DNA of 64,000 nt from an uncultured Alphaproteobacteria bacterium (GCA_963775315.1 CAVZIN010000007.1:393193-457192), one strand, 5' to 3'. Positions 43,068 to 53,622 are shown, counted from the first letter of the stretch. The notes: generated by a model from the letters alone, not told the origin. A program made the numbers and translations.

Positions 43068-44276
43068 CTAGGCGATCTCGGCCGCGCGGCGGACCATGGC
43101 GATCATCGAGGATTCCAGCAGGTAGGCGCGGGCCCGCGCCGGGTCGGCGACGGTCGCGCGCAGCTCGTCGTGACGGGCGCAGCGCACGGCCGGATCGCGC
43201 TCCTCGATCAGCCGCTTGTTGTTGATCGTGATGCGCTGGACGAACTCGATCTGCGGCGGGCGGCGCTGGCGGGTGTAGCGGTCGAGCGCCTCGATCCCCG
43301 CCTTGCCGCGGGTGATCTCCACCAGCTTCTCGCCGAGGCTGATCGCGTCGTGCACCGCTCCGTTCAGTCCCATGCCGCCGAGCGGGTTGTTCACATGGGC
43401 GGCGTCGCCGGCAATGGCCATCCGCCCGCGGTTGTATGTCTTGGCGACCCGCTGATGCACCCGGTAGGTGTTGGCGTGAACCACCTCGTAGGGCTCGGGG
43501 CGCGATACGATGCCCTGCAGCCGGCGCTCGATGGTCGATGCCGCCAGCGTCTCCTCACGCGGCCGGTTGGGATCGGCGGGCATGGCGATGCGCCACAGCG
43601 GCGGAGGCTCGAACCCCGGCACCTGGATCAGGAAGAACCATTCCTCCGGATCGGCGACGTAGCTCGCGTTGGCGAAGCCGTGCGGCCCGAAATCGTAGGG
43701 GGTGGAGACGATGACGAAGGCCTCGTCCCAGGTGAACCCCTCGAACTCGGTGCCGATGGCGGCGCGCACCGGGCTTCGGATGCCCTCGGCGCCGACGGCG
43801 AACGCGCCCTCGACGGTCTCGGTCGCCCCATCGCTCGCGATGTCGACCGCCACCCCCTCGGCGGTTTCGCGCGCGTCCGTCACCTCCGCCGAGAAGCGGA
43901 TATCGAAATGCGGGTAGGTGCGGAGCTTCTCCAGCATCATCGGGGTGAGCTTGTGCTGTTCGAGATGCAGCCGGTAGGGGTAGTCCGTCACATCGGCGAG
44001 CAGCCCGAGGTCCCACTCGGCCAGAACCCCCTCGTCGCGGTCGCGGATCTGCCAGGTGCGCGCCTTGATGCCGCGCGCGATCATCCGGTCGGTGATGCCG
44101 AAGGGCGCCAGCATCTCCAGCGTCGGCGGGTGGTAGGTGCCGGCACGAAGGTCGACCGCGAGGTCGGGCAGCGCCTCCAGCACCGTCACCGGCACGCCGG
44201 CCTCGGCCAGCACCAGGGCGCAGGACAGCCCGGCCGGGCCGGACCCTGCGATCAGTACGCGTTTGGAGTTGTCCAT
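43068..44276 (-). CDS. FAD-dependent aromatic-ring monooxygenase (group A flavoprotein hydroxylase)
   Basis: ORF 43068..44300 minus. Rossmann motif VLIAGSGPAGLSCALVL, DG motif and GD motif (MAIAGDAAHVNNPLGGMGLN). Start at M9 (44276) or M1 (44300). Confidence 0.8.
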   Translation of the reverse strand: MDNSKRVLIAGSGPAGLSCALVLAEAGVPVTVLEALPDLAVDLRAGTYHPPTLEMLAPFGITDRMIARGIKARTWQIRDRDEGVLAEWDLGLLADVTDYPYRLHLEQHKLTPMMLEKLRTYPHFDIRFSAEVTDARETAEGVAVDIASDGATETVEGAFAVGAEGIRSPVRAAIGTEFEGFTWDEAFVIVSTPYDFGPHGFANASYVADPEEWFFLIQVPGFEPPPLWRIAMPADPNRPREETLAASTIERRLQGIVSRPEPYEVVHANTYRVHQRVAKTYNRGRMAIAGDAAHVNNPLGGMGLNGAVHDAISLGEKLVEITRGKAGIEALDRYTRQRRPPQIEFVQRITINNKRLIEERDPAVRCARHDELRATVADPARARAYLLESSMIAMVRRAAEIA

Positions 44277-44280
44277 CGGA

Positions 44281-44778
44281 TCAATCAACTTGTGGGGCAT
44301 GCTTGGGGGAGTAAAGCCGTTCGAGCAGCGAGATCAGCACGCGCCGCTCCTCGGGCGAGAGAACGGCGCCGACGTCCGCCTCGTGGGCGCCGACCATCTC
44401 CTTCAGCCGCGCGAGCAGCTTCGCCCCGGCCGGGGTCAGCTTCAGTGCGTGCGAGCGCCGGTCGCTCGCCGACGGCTCGCGCACCACGAGGCCGCGGGTC
44501 TGCAGCCGGTCGGCGATCTGCACCAGAGTGGAGCGGTCGAAGCGCAGCGCCTCGGCAATGGCCGACTGGCTGATGCCCGGGTTCGCCTCGATCAGCAGCA
44601 GCGCACCGAGTTGCGGCGGCGAAATCTCGGCTGCCCCGATCGCATGGTGGAAATGCTGGAACACGGCGACCTGCGCACAGCGGAGATGGAAGCCGAGGAG
44701 GTCGGGCAGCAGGCCGAGGTCGATGGGCTCGCCGTCGCTCGCCCTCCCGCGCCGCCGGACCGCGCCGAGCCCGCTCAC
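44281..44778 (-). CDS. MarR family transcriptional regulator
   Basis: C-terminal 166 codons of ORF 44281..45258 minus. Winged-helix MarR core (..LGALLLIEANPGISQSAIAEALRFDRSTLVQIADRLQTRGLVVREPSASDRRSHALKLTPAG..). GTG start overlaps the thioesterase stop (GTGA). Confidence 0.75.
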   Translation of the reverse strand: MSGLGAVRRRGRASDGEPIDLGLLPDLLGFHLRCAQVAVFQHFHHAIGAAEISPPQLGALLLIEANPGISQSAIAEALRFDRSTLVQIADRLQTRGLVVREPSASDRRSHALKLTPAGAKLLARLKEMVGAHEADVGAVLSPEERRVLISLLERLYSPKHAPQVD

Positions 44779-45200
44779 GACCTGGCCTCGAACGGCGCCT
44801 TTAGCGCGTCGGGGATCGCGATGCCCTTGAGCCCGCCGGGCGCGGCCGGGTCGCGCGCGACGCAGACCCGGATCTCCTGGCCCTCCAGCGCGATCGTCGC
44901 GCCCTTGTGGACCACGTGGCGGACCACCAGGCTCTTGGTGCGCCACTCGGCAACCGTCGACTCGATCTCGATGGCGGTGTGCCAGGGCAGCGGCGACTTG
45001 AAGCTCGCGCCGACATCGACCAGCGGCAGCCCGACGATGCCGAACCGCGCCTCCAGCTCGTTCATCGCGAAGCCCGCGGCCTCGAACAGGTGGTGGGTGG
45101 CGATGTCGAACCAGCGGAAGCATTGCGGATAGAACATGATGCCGATGGGATCGCAATCGCCCCATTCGACGGTCCGCGTCTCGCGTATCGAGAACGCCAT
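44775..45200 (-). CDS. Hotdog-fold acyl-CoA thioesterase (4-hydroxybenzoyl-CoA thioesterase-like)
   Basis: ORF 44775..45239 minus. Start placed at MAFSIRETRTVEWGDCDPIGIMFYPQCFRWFD... (4HBT family). Confidence 0.7.
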   Translation of the reverse strand: MAFSIRETRTVEWGDCDPIGIMFYPQCFRWFDIATHHLFEAAGFAMNELEARFGIVGLPLVDVGASFKSPLPWHTAIEIESTVAEWRTKSLVVRHVVHKGATIALEGQEIRVCVARDPAAPGGLKGIAIPDALKAPFEARS

Positions 45201-45291
45201 GCGCCATCCTTCCGCAGCCGGGCCAAGGCCGCGCCCCATATACCAGCATGGATCGCAAGTTTCCCGGATTTTCTGGCGGCGCCCGACCGCG

Positions 45292-46248
45292 TCAGACGAC
45301 CGGCGTGGTCTGGAACGCCTCCGGGTCGGTGACGAGATCGACGAAGGCGTCGTGCATGCCGCCCTCGACCGCCCGGGTGAGTTCGGCGAAATTCCAGTCC
45401 TTCCCTTTGGCGACCGCCGTCCTGACCGGGCGCGGCTGGGAGAACAGCATTACCTCGCGGCCGCGCACCGCGAACAGCTGGCCCGAGACATCCTGCGCTC
45501 CGGGCGAGCAGAGCCAGGCGACGAACGTTCCGACCGGACCGGGGGGCACCTTCATCGCCTGCTCCTTGAAGGCCGCCTGGGCGTCGTTCGCAGGGTGGAT
45601 GCGCTCGACCATGCGGGTGCGGCCCATCGGGGCCACGGCGTTGGCGGTGACGCCGGAGCGGGCCATGTCGAGCGCGGCGATCCGCATCAGCCCCATCATG
45701 CCGGCCTTCGAGGCGGCGTAGGATGCCTGGCCGAAATTGCCGAAGAAGGCCGCGGTCGAGACCATGTTGACGATCCGGCCCCAGCCGTAACCACCGCCCT
45801 CGGCCGCGCCGCGCCCGGACCCGGCGTTCTCGCGCAGCACCGGCGCCGCCGCCGCCAGCAAATAGTAGGCCGCCGACAAGTTGTTGCGGATCACCGCGTC
45901 CCAATGGTGCGGATTGCCCTTGAACAGGAACGCGTCGCGCAGGATCGCGGCATTGTTCACCACGATGTCGAGCCCGCCGAACCGCTCCTTCGCGAGGTTG
46001 ACCGCCTCGGTCGCGGCGGCGGGCACGCTCATGTCCGACGTGTAGGCGGCCGCACCCTCGCCGAGCCTGCCGGCGATCTCCTGGGCCAGCGACGGGTCGG
46101 TATCGGTCCCGTCGACCGAGGTCCCGTTGTCGCAGATCACCACTTTCGCGCCGCGGGCGTGCAGCGCCCGGACCACCGCCTCGCCGATGCCGCGGGCGCC
46201 GCCGGTCACGATGGCCACACGGCCATCCAGCCTGTCGTCGTCGGTCAT
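45292..46248 (-). CDS. SDR family oxidoreductase
   Basis: ORF 45292..46386 minus. Start at MTDDDRLDGRVAIVTGGARGIGEA. Motifs NNAAI and YAASKAG. Confidence 0.8.
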   Translation of the reverse strand: MTDDDRLDGRVAIVTGGARGIGEAVVRALHARGAKVVICDNGTSVDGTDTDPSLAQEIAGRLGEGAAAYTSDMSVPAAATEAVNLAKERFGGLDIVVNNAAILRDAFLFKGNPHHWDAVIRNNLSAAYYLLAAAAPVLRENAGSGRGAAEGGGYGWGRIVNMVSTAAFFGNFGQASYAASKAGMMGLMRIAALDMARSGVTANAVAPMGRTRMVERIHPANDAQAAFKEQAMKVPPGPVGTFVAWLCSPGAQDVSGQLFAVRGREVMLFSQPRPVRTAVAKGKDWNFAELTRAVEGGMHDAFVDLVTDPEAFQTTPVV

Positions 46249-46388
46249 CGCTCCCCCGGTCCCCACTCGCCACCGCGGCACAGTGTAGGTGGCCCAGCCG
46301 CGCTTGTCTCGTGGCCCGGTGCCGGGCCGCTTGATCCGCCGGCCGCCGCACCCAACATATGGACCGATTTTCCCATTCGGATACAAGC

Positions 46389-47243
46389 ATGAGCATGCTG
46401 AAGACAGGCATCCTGCTCGCGGCGCTGACGGCGCTGTTCATGGGCGCGGGCTGGCTGCTGGGCGGGCAGGGCGGCATGGTGATCGCGCTGATCATGGCTG
46501 CCGGCATGAACGCTTTCGCCTACTGGAACTCGGACAAGATGGTGCTGCGCATGTACGGCGCGCGCGAGGTCGACGCGCGTTCGGCGCCGACGCTCTACGG
46601 CATCGTCGCCCAGCTTGCCGACAAGGCCGAGCTGCCCATGCCGCGCGTCTACATCGTCGACACCGACCAGCCGAACGCGTTCGCGACGGGGCGCGACCCC
46701 CAGCACGCCGCCGTGTGTGCGACGAGCGGCATCTTGCGCATCCTCGATTCGGACGAGCTCGCGGGTGTGCTCGCGCACGAGCTCGGGCACGTCCGCCACC
46801 GCGACACGCTGATCATGACCGTGACCGCAACCATCGCCGGCGCGATTTCGATGCTCGCGAGCTTCGCCTTCTGGTTCCGCGGCTCGAGCCGGGACAACCC
46901 GCTCGGGCCGTTCGGCGCGATCCTGGTGATGATCCTCGGCCCGATCGCCGCGATGCTGGTGCAGATGGCGATCTCGCGCACCCGCGAGTATGCGGCCGAC
47001 CGCGAGGGCGCGGCGCTCTGCGGCCATCCGCTGTGGCTTGCCGATGCGCTCGGCAAGCTGGAGGCAGGGGCCGCCCAGATCGCCAACGCGCCGGCCGAGC
47101 AACATCCGGCGACCGCGCATCTGTTCATCGTCAACCCGCTACATGGCGGCGGGCTCGCCAGCCTGTTCGCCACCCACCCGCCGATGGAGGACCGCATCCG
47201 CCGGCTGCGCGAGATGGCGGGGGTCGCGGGCCCGTGGGGGTGA
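46389..47243 (+). CDS. htpX: Zinc metalloprotease HtpX (M48)
   Basis: ORF 46359..47243. [10 protein letters not shown] zinc motif and N-terminal TM helices. The start could be 46359 or, more likely, 46389 ([10 protein letters not shown]). Confidence 0.85.
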   Translation: MSMLKTGILLAALTALFMGAGWLLGGQGGMVIALIMAAGMNAFAYWNSDKMVLRMYGAREVDARSAPTLYGIVAQLADKAELPMPRVYIVDTDQPNAFATGRDPQHAAVCATSGILRILDSDELAGVLAHELGHVRHRDTLIMTVTATIAGAISMLASFAFWFRGSSRDNPLGPFGAILVMILGPIAAMLVQMAISRTREYAADREGAALCGHPLWLADALGKLEAGAAQIANAPAEQHPATAHLFIVNPLHGGGLASLFATHPPMEDRIRRLREMAGVAGPWG

Positions 47244-48586
47244 GCGACCGGACGACGGAGGCGGTCGATGCCCGTGCGGTCGCGCTCGACCTGCTGCATG
47301 CCGTGCTGGGGCGGCGCATCGCGCTCGACGAGGCGCTGGCGGCGAATCCGGGCCTCGCCGCGCTCGATCCGCGCGACCGCGCCTTCGCCCGGCTGCTGGC
47401 GGCGACAACTCTCCGCCGGCTCGGCCAGATCGATGCGCTGATCGACGCGCGTATGGAGCGGCCGTTGGCGCCGCGCGCGGCCAGGGTGCGCGATGTCATG
47501 CGCCTTGCGGTTGCGCAGCTCGTGTTCCTCGGCACACCGCCGCACGCCGCCGTCGACCGGGCGGTCGCGGCGCTTGGCGGGCGGAACGCCGTGTTCCGCG
47601 GCCTCGCCAATGCCGTGCTGCGCCGCATCGCGCGCGAAGGCGGAGCGGAGGCGGCGGCGCAGGACGCGACCCGGCTGAATACGCCCGACTGGCTGTGGGA
47701 CTCGTGGCAGGCTGCCCATGGCGACGCGGCGGCACGCGCCATCGCCACCGCCCATCTCGACGAAGCGCCGCTCGACCTCACCGTCAAGTCCGATCCCGCC
47801 ACCTGGGCGGCGCGGCTCGATGCCCTGATCCTGCCGACCGGGACGCTGCGCCGCGCGGCCGGCGGGGCGGTGCCCTCGCTCCCCGGCTATGGCGAGGGGG
47901 CGTGGTGGGTGCAGGATGCGGCCGCGGCCCTGCCGGCGAAGCTGCTGCTCGCGGCGCTCGGCGGCGGGCAGGGAGCACGCATCGCCGATTTCTGCGCGGC
48001 GCCGGGCGGCAAGGCGGCTCAGCTCGCCGCCGCCGGGGCAAGCGTAACGGCGCTCGACATATCGTCCACGCGGCTCGCGCTGGTGCGGGAGAACCTCGCC
48101 CGGCTCGGGCTCGATGCCGACTGCCGGGCACAAGATGCCCGGCGCTTCGTACCCGACACGCCGCTGGACGGCGTGCTGCTCGACGCCCCCTGCTCGGGCA
48201 CCGGCACGATCCGCCGCCACCCCGATATCGCGCGTCTAAAATCTCCGGACGAAGTCACGCGGCTCGCACCGCTGCAGGCCCAGCTCATCGACGCGGCGAT
48301 CGCCGCGCTGCGCCCGGGCGGGGTGCTGGTCTATGCCGTCTGCTCGCTGCAGCCGGAGGAGGGGCCGGCCCAGGTCGCAGCGGCGCTCGCCCGCACGCCG
48401 GGCCTTGCCCGCCTGCCGATCCGGCCCGAGGAGCTCGGCACCGATGCAGCGGCGCTCGCGCCCCTGCTCACGCCCGTGGGCGATCTCCAGACTCTCCCCT
48501 GCCACCTCGCCGACCTCGGCGGGCTCGACGGGTTCTACGCCGCGCGGCTCGCAAGGGGCCAGCTTGCCCGAGTCCGGGGAAGCTGA
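47240..48586 (+). CDS. rsmB: 16S rRNA (cytosine-C5)-methyltransferase RsmB/Sun family
   Basis: C-terminal part of the frame of ORF 46289..48586. GTG at 47240 overlaps the htpX stop (GTGA). NusB-like N-terminus, then [12 protein letters not shown]...[15 protein letters not shown]...[12 protein letters not shown]. Confidence 0.8.
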   Translation: MSDRTTEAVDARAVALDLLHAVLGRRIALDEALAANPGLAALDPRDRAFARLLAATTLRRLGQIDALIDARMERPLAPRAARVRDVMRLAVAQLVFLGTPPHAAVDRAVAALGGRNAVFRGLANAVLRRIAREGGAEAAAQDATRLNTPDWLWDSWQAAHGDAAARAIATAHLDEAPLDLTVKSDPATWAARLDALILPTGTLRRAAGGAVPSLPGYGEGAWWVQDAAAALPAKLLLAALGGGQGARIADFCAAPGGKAAQLAAAGASVTALDISSTRLALVRENLARLGLDADCRAQDARRFVPDTPLDGVLLDAPCSGTGTIRRHPDIARLKSPDEVTRLAPLQAQLIDAAIAALRPGGVLVYAVCSLQPEEGPAQVAAALARTPGLARLPIRPEELGTDAAALAPLLTPVGDLQTLPCHLADLGGLDGFYAARLARGQLARVRGS

Positions 48587-48598
48587 TACGAACGCAGC

Positions 48599-49261
48599 GT
48601 GCAGCAGAAGGTCCGCATCGCCCCCTCGATCCTCTCGGCCGACTTCGCGCGGCTGGGCGAGGAGGTGCGTGCGGCGGCCTCGGCGGGCGCCGACTACATC
48701 CATATCGACGTGATGGACGGGCATTTCGTGCCCAACATGACGCTCGGCCCGGTGGTGGTGAAGGCGCTGCGGCCGCATTGCGACCTGACCTTCGACGTCC
48801 ATTTGATGATCGCCCCGGCCGACCCGTACATCGCGGCCTTCGCCGAGGCCGGCGCCGACATCATCACCGTCCATCCCGAGGCGGGACCGCACCTCCACCG
48901 CACCGTCCAGCTCATCCATTCGCTGGGCAAGAAGGCGGGAGTCGCGCTCAACCCGGCGACGCCGGTGGAGCACGTGACGCACCTTCTCGGCGACGTCGAC
49001 CTGATCCTCGCCATGACGGTCAACCCCGGCTTCGGTGGGCAGGCTTTCATCGAGCCGATGCTGGAGAAGGTCGCCCATCTCCGCCACATGATCGACGCGA
49101 CCGGCCGTGCCATCGACCTCGAGGTCGACGGCGGCATCAACGACCGCACCGCCCCGCCCGTCACGAAGGCCGGTGCCGACGTGCTGGTGGCCGGCTCCTA
49201 CGTGTTCGATGGCGGACCGAACACCTACCCCGCCAAGATAAGCAGCCTGCGCGGCCCATGA
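48599..49261 (+). CDS. rpe: Ribulose-phosphate 3-epimerase
   Basis: ORF 48599..49261. ..[17 protein letters not shown]...[12 protein letters not shown]... Confidence 0.95.
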   Translation: MQQKVRIAPSILSADFARLGEEVRAAASAGADYIHIDVMDGHFVPNMTLGPVVVKALRPHCDLTFDVHLMIAPADPYIAAFAEAGADIITVHPEAGPHLHRTVQLIHSLGKKAGVALNPATPVEHVTHLLGDVDLILAMTVNPGFGGQAFIEPMLEKVAHLRHMIDATGRAIDLEVDGGINDRTAPPVTKAGADVLVAGSYVFDGGPNTYPAKISSLRGP

Positions 49262-50913
49262 CCCTAGCCCGGCCGCGCGAACGGCTGGGCCGCGTCCTCA
49301 ACCGGATGACGCGACGCCGCCTCGCCGCCGCCACCCTCCGCCCCCTGTTCGCGACCCCGCCCTACCGGCTGACGCTGGGCGGCAAGGCCGAGCCGCCCGG
49401 GCGCTCGCCCACCGAGCCTTGGCCGGGCGATGCCCAGACGGGCGCGGCGCTCGCCGCCGGCCGGTTCGGCTTCGGGACCGAGCAGGAGGAATCGCGGGCG
49501 AATGCGCCGCCTTGGCGCGCGGCCGGCCGGTCCGAAGCCTGGCGTGCCGCGCTCAACGGGTTCGACTGGCTGCGCGATGTGCGCGCGGCCGGGGGCGAGG
49601 CGGCACGCACCGCCGCCCGTGCGGCGGTCTCCGACTGGATCGAGAAGGAGGCGGCGGTCGCGGGCCTCGCTTGGCGCGCGGAGGTGCTGGCCGAACGCAT
49701 CGCGGCCTGGCTGGTGCACGGCGAGTTTCTGGCCGCCGGCGCGGACGAGGCATTCCGGCGCAGGTTCCACGCCTCGCTGGCCGCTCAGGCACGCCACCTC
49801 GCCCGGATCCAGCGCTACGCCCCCGAGGGGCATGCGCGCTTCCTGGTGTTGAAGGCGCTGGTCTATGCCGATCTCGCCTGGCCGCGGTCGCGCCGGCTGA
49901 TCCGCCACCTCGAGGTGCTGGAGCGCGAGATCGCTCGCCAGGTGCTGGGCGACGGCGGACATATCGAGCGCAACCCCGAGCGGCAGCTCGAGGTGCTGCG
50001 CCATCTGGTCGATATCCGAGCGAACTTGCGCGACGCCAACGCGGAGATGCCGCAAGCGCTGCAGAGCGCGATTGACCGAATGGCGCCGATGCTGCGCTTC
50101 TTCCGCCACGGCGACGGCGGGCTTGCCTTGTTCAACGGCGCCACCGAGTCGCGCGACTGGCTGATCGACATGGTGCTGACCCATGCCGATGCGCGCGGCA
50201 AGCCGCTGGCCTCGGCGCCGCATTCCGGGTTCGAACGGCTCTCGGCGCACCGGACGCTGCTGATCATGGACACCGGCGCCCCGCCGCCGCCCGGGTTCGA
50301 TGCCGACGCCCACGCCGGCACGCTGAGCTTCGAGATGAGCGTCGGCAAAGAGCGGCTGGTGGTCAATTGCGGCGCCTACGCAGGGCCAGACCCGCGCTGG
50401 CGCCGGGCGAGCCGCACCTCCGCCGCCCACTCGACCCTGGTGGTCGAGGACGTGAATTCCGCCGAGTTGCTGGAGGGCGGGCTCGGCCCGGGGCCGCGCA
50501 AGGTGACGGTCGAGCGGCGCGAGCAGGACGGAGACATCTGGGTCGATGCCGCGCATGACGGCTATGTCAGCGGGTTCGGGCTCACTCACCAGCGCCGGCT
50601 CTACCTGTCCGCTACGGGCGACGACGTGCGGGGCGAGGAGACGCTGACCGGGCGGGGCAACCGCAAGCTTGCGGTGCGCTTCCATTTGCACCCGCAGGTC
50701 AAGGCATCGCTGACCGGGCGCGGCTCGGCCGTTCTGCTGCGCCTCGCGAGCGGGGCGGGCTGGCAGTTCCGCGCCTCGGGAGGCGTCACCAGCGTGCAGG
50801 AGAGCGTCTATTTCGGCGCGGCCGGCGAGGTGCGCCGGACCGAGCAGATCGTGATCGCGGCCGCCACCCACGACGCCGCGCAGATCCGCTGGGCCATCAG
50901 CCGGGTGGGCTGA
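49258..50913 (+). CDS. Heparinase II/III-like family protein
   Basis: C-terminal 551 codons of the frame of ORF 46990..50913. ATG at 49258 overlaps the rpe stop (ATGA). Alpha/alpha-toroid N-terminal plus beta-sandwich C-terminal pattern typical of the heparinase II/III-like proteins found downstream of rpe. Confidence 0.65.
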   Translation: MTLARPRERLGRVLNRMTRRRLAAATLRPLFATPPYRLTLGGKAEPPGRSPTEPWPGDAQTGAALAAGRFGFGTEQEESRANAPPWRAAGRSEAWRAALNGFDWLRDVRAAGGEAARTAARAAVSDWIEKEAAVAGLAWRAEVLAERIAAWLVHGEFLAAGADEAFRRRFHASLAAQARHLARIQRYAPEGHARFLVLKALVYADLAWPRSRRLIRHLEVLEREIARQVLGDGGHIERNPERQLEVLRHLVDIRANLRDANAEMPQALQSAIDRMAPMLRFFRHGDGGLALFNGATESRDWLIDMVLTHADARGKPLASAPHSGFERLSAHRTLLIMDTGAPPPPGFDADAHAGTLSFEMSVGKERLVVNCGAYAGPDPRWRRASRTSAAHSTLVVEDVNSAELLEGGLGPGPRKVTVERREQDGDIWVDAAHDGYVSGFGLTHQRRLYLSATGDDVRGEETLTGRGNRKLAVRFHLHPQVKASLTGRGSAVLLRLASGAGWQFRASGGVTSVQESVYFGAAGEVRRTEQIVIAAATHDAAQIRWAISRVG

Positions 50914-50929
50914 GCCGGCGCAGGCGCGA

Positions 50930-52435
50930 TCAGTCTGCGGCCCGGCGAAAGACGAGATCGCCGGCCTTCAGCCGGTAGGTCGGGCCGTCCGCGAGCGGGG
51001 TGGCGAGAGAGACCGCCTGCGTCGCGCCGTCGAATGCGAAATGCATGACCAGCCCGGCGCGGAGCGGCCATTCCGTCTCCGGCACCACCCAATCGTCGCC
51101 GGTGGCGTGCACCAGCGTGAATCGGACGGCGTGAAGGGCGCCGGCAAGTCCGCCGTCCTCGGGATCGGCGGTGATCATCATCCGCCCGTAGGCGGGGTTG
51201 TCGTAAGCGCCGGCATAGGCGGCGAGCGGGCGGGGGGGCGGCGTCCGGCGGGCACTCGCTTCGGCATCGGCCCTGGCCTTCTCGGCGACCGCCGCCGCGC
51301 GCGCGGCGAGCCAGGTGCGGCGGCGCTCGACGAGCCGCGCGACCCACGGCTGGGGCGCAAGCCCGAGCAGCGAGTCGATAACCGCGTAGGCGACCACGCG
51401 CGGCACCGGATTCATGCCCGACATGTCGCTCAGCACCACGACGCCCTTGTTGTCGTCGGGCAGGACGGCAAGGATCGCGGCATAGCCGTCGATCACCCCT
51501 GGATGTCGCACCAGGGGATGGCCGCGATAGCGCGCGATTTCAAGCCCCAGCCCGTAGCTCGGCGTCGCGACGGATGGATCGCTGCCACGCGGGCCGATTG
51601 CGATCTGCGGCGTTTCCATCTCCGCGATGGCGGCGCGAGAGACGATGCGCGTGCCGGCGGCCTCGCCGCGATTGACGAGCATGCGGAGGTAAACGCCCAT
51701 GTCGGCGATGTCGGAATACACCCCAGCGGCGGGCCCGATCGGGTCGACGTCGGCGAGCGGCGTCGCCACTCGCCCATCGTCGCCCATGAAGGTGGGGCTT
51801 GCCCGGTCGCCGTCGACGGCGAACGCGGCCGTCGAGACGCGGGTGCGGTGCATGCCCAGCGGTTCGAGGATTCGGTCGCGCACCAGCGCCGCCCAGCTCC
51901 CGCCCGCGATGCGCCCCGCCACCCGGCCCGCGGCCGCGACCATCAGGTTGTTGTAGGCGTAGACCGAGCGCAGCGGCGCCGCCGGCTTGAGGAAGCGGAG
52001 CCGCGCCATAAGTTGGGTGCCGTCGTAGGCGTGCAGCGACCACAGCGCGTCGTGGCGCGGGATGCCGGTGCGGTGTGTCACCAGATCGCGTGCCGTCACC
52101 GTCTCGGTCAGCCGGTCGGTGTAGAGGCGGAAGTCGGGCATATAGCGCCGCACCGGCGCGTCCCAGTCGAGGCGGCCGGCGTCGGCGAGCTGCGACAGAG
52201 CGATGACGGTGAACGATTTGCTGACCGAGCCGAGGGCGAACTCAGTGCGCGGCGTGACCGGGGCTCCGGTCGCAGGATCGCGCACGCCGAACGTGTGCAA
52301 TTCGGCCGGCCGGTCGCCCTCGACCACTGCGACGGCGAGACCCGGCACCTGCCACGCCGTCATCGCCGCGCGGATTGTGTCGGCCGGGAACGGCGCCGCA
52401 CGGGCGGGTAGCGCGAGCGCCAGCAGCGAGATCAT
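50930..52435 (-). CDS. Serine hydrolase, beta-lactamase/transpeptidase-like (class C-related)
   Basis: ORF 50930..52528 minus. Signal peptide (MISLLALALPARA), SxxK motif SVSKSF, YAYNN (YxN). The true start may be 52528. Confidence 0.75.
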   Translation of the reverse strand: MISLLALALPARAAPFPADTIRAAMTAWQVPGLAVAVVEGDRPAELHTFGVRDPATGAPVTPRTEFALGSVSKSFTVIALSQLADAGRLDWDAPVRRYMPDFRLYTDRLTETVTARDLVTHRTGIPRHDALWSLHAYDGTQLMARLRFLKPAAPLRSVYAYNNLMVAAAGRVAGRIAGGSWAALVRDRILEPLGMHRTRVSTAAFAVDGDRASPTFMGDDGRVATPLADVDPIGPAAGVYSDIADMGVYLRMLVNRGEAAGTRIVSRAAIAEMETPQIAIGPRGSDPSVATPSYGLGLEIARYRGHPLVRHPGVIDGYAAILAVLPDDNKGVVVLSDMSGMNPVPRVVAYAVIDSLLGLAPQPWVARLVERRRTWLAARAAAVAEKARADAEASARRTPPPRPLAAYAGAYDNPAYGRMMITADPEDGGLAGALHAVRFTLVHATGDDWVVPETEWPLRAGLVMHFAFDGATQAVSLATPLADGPTYRLKAGDLVFRRAAD

Positions 52436-52545
52436 GGCAAGCGCGCTCAAGAGTCCGGCAACCGCCGCTGGATTGCTTCGTCGCCCCGCTCCAGGCAATG
52501 ACGGATAATGATCAGTGAAGATATGCACTGGGAGATCGCCAAACC

Positions 52546-53355
52546 ATGACGGAACCGACAGCGGAGCAGCAGCGGATCGTACTCGAAATCGATGCGGACG
52601 GGGTGGCGACCATGCGCCTCAACCGGCCCGAGGTGCTGAACGCGTTCGATGACGGAATGCGCGAGGCGCTGGTCGCAACCGTCGCGGAGATCGAGCGCGA
52701 CGACCGCGTGCGCGCGCTGGTGATCACGGGAACGGGACGCGGGTTCTGCGCCGGCGGCGACATACGCGGGATGGAGAGCCGGCTGGGCGCGCCGACGGGT
52801 GACGTGGCGCTCGCCGGATGGCGGCGCCAGCAGCGCACGCACCGCGCTCTCACGGCGCTGCACACGCTGGGCAAGCCGACCATCGCCGCGGTCAACGGTC
52901 CGGCCGCCGGGCTCGGCTGCGACCTCGCCCTCTGCTGCGACTTCGTCGTGGCGTCCGAAGCGGCGCGCTTCGCGATGAGCTATGTGCTGCGCGGGCTGAT
53001 CCCTGACGGGGGCGGGTGCTACTTCCTGCCGCGGCGGGTCGGGCTCGCGCGGGCGAAGGAGCTGATCTTCTCCGGGCGCCGCGTCGCCCCGGCGGAGGCG
53101 CTGGCGATCGGGATGGTGGACCGGGTGGTCGCGCCCGACGCCCTTGCCGGCGAGGCGCAGGGTTGGGCGAAGGACCTCTCGCGGGGCTCCGCGGCGGCAC
53201 TGGCCCTCGCCAAGACGATGCTCAACCAGACGTTCGAAATGACGGTCGACCAGGCGTTCGACATGGGCAGCCAGGCCCAGGCGATCTGCTACACCACCCG
53301 CGAGCACCGCGAGTTGGTCGAGGCGTTCCTCGCCGCCCAACGGTCCAAGAAGTAG
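52546..53355 (+). CDS. Enoyl-CoA hydratase/isomerase family protein
   Basis: ORF 52546..53355. ..GRGFCAGGDI...AAVNGPAAGLGCDLALCCDF... Confidence 0.85.
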   Translation: MTEPTAEQQRIVLEIDADGVATMRLNRPEVLNAFDDGMREALVATVAEIERDDRVRALVITGTGRGFCAGGDIRGMESRLGAPTGDVALAGWRRQQRTHRALTALHTLGKPTIAAVNGPAAGLGCDLALCCDFVVASEAARFAMSYVLRGLIPDGGGCYFLPRRVGLARAKELIFSGRRVAPAEALAIGMVDRVVAPDALAGEAQGWAKDLSRGSAAALALAKTMLNQTFEMTVDQAFDMGSQAQAICYTTREHRELVEAFLAAQRSKK

Positions 53356-53366
53356 AAGGATTCCAC

Positions 53367-53392
53367 GGAACAGGGCCCGGCGCGGGCGCGTT
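53367..53392 (+). promoter_or_regulatory. EcfG-type (general stress response sigma factor) promoter GGAAC-N17-CGTT
   Basis: GGAAC at 53367..53371, a 17-nt spacer, then CGTT at 53389..53392. About 35 bp upstream of the small hydrophilic gene at 53428. Confidence 0.5.
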
Positions 53393-53427
53393 GACTCCCC
53401 GACAGCGTATTTAGTGAGGAGGGAGTC

Positions 53428-53622
53428 ATGGAGAAGCCGAACAAGAACGAAGGCGAGGGCAACCGCACCGCCGATCGCGAATATCGAAAGGACACTGAGG
53501 AGTTCATCGAGTCCGGCAAGGTCTCCGGCGCGGCGGACAAGGCGCGTAGGGCCGTGGAGGGCAAGGAGAAGGACGAGCTCGAGAAGGCCGAGGACAAGGG
53601 CAAGGAGAAGGCGCGGCATTAG
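53428..53622 (+). CDS. Small hydrophilic Lys/Glu-rich protein (putative general-stress protein)
   Basis: ORF 53428..53622. 64 aa, preceded by GGAGGGAG. MEKPNKNEGEGNRTADREYRKDTEEFIESGKVSGAADKARRAVEGKEKDELEKAEDKGKEKARH. Codon usage is unlike the surrounding GC-frame artefacts. Confidence 0.55.
   Translation: MEKPNKNEGEGNRTADREYRKDTEEFIESGKVSGAADKARRAVEGKEKDELEKAEDKGKEKARH

Noticed and set aside
46990-49257. First ~750 codons of the 1307-aa ORF 46990..50913
   Set aside because: Poly-Arg/Ala/Gly filler overlapping htpX, rsmB and rpe in another frame. Only the C-terminal 551 codons (heparinase II/III-like) look like real protein.
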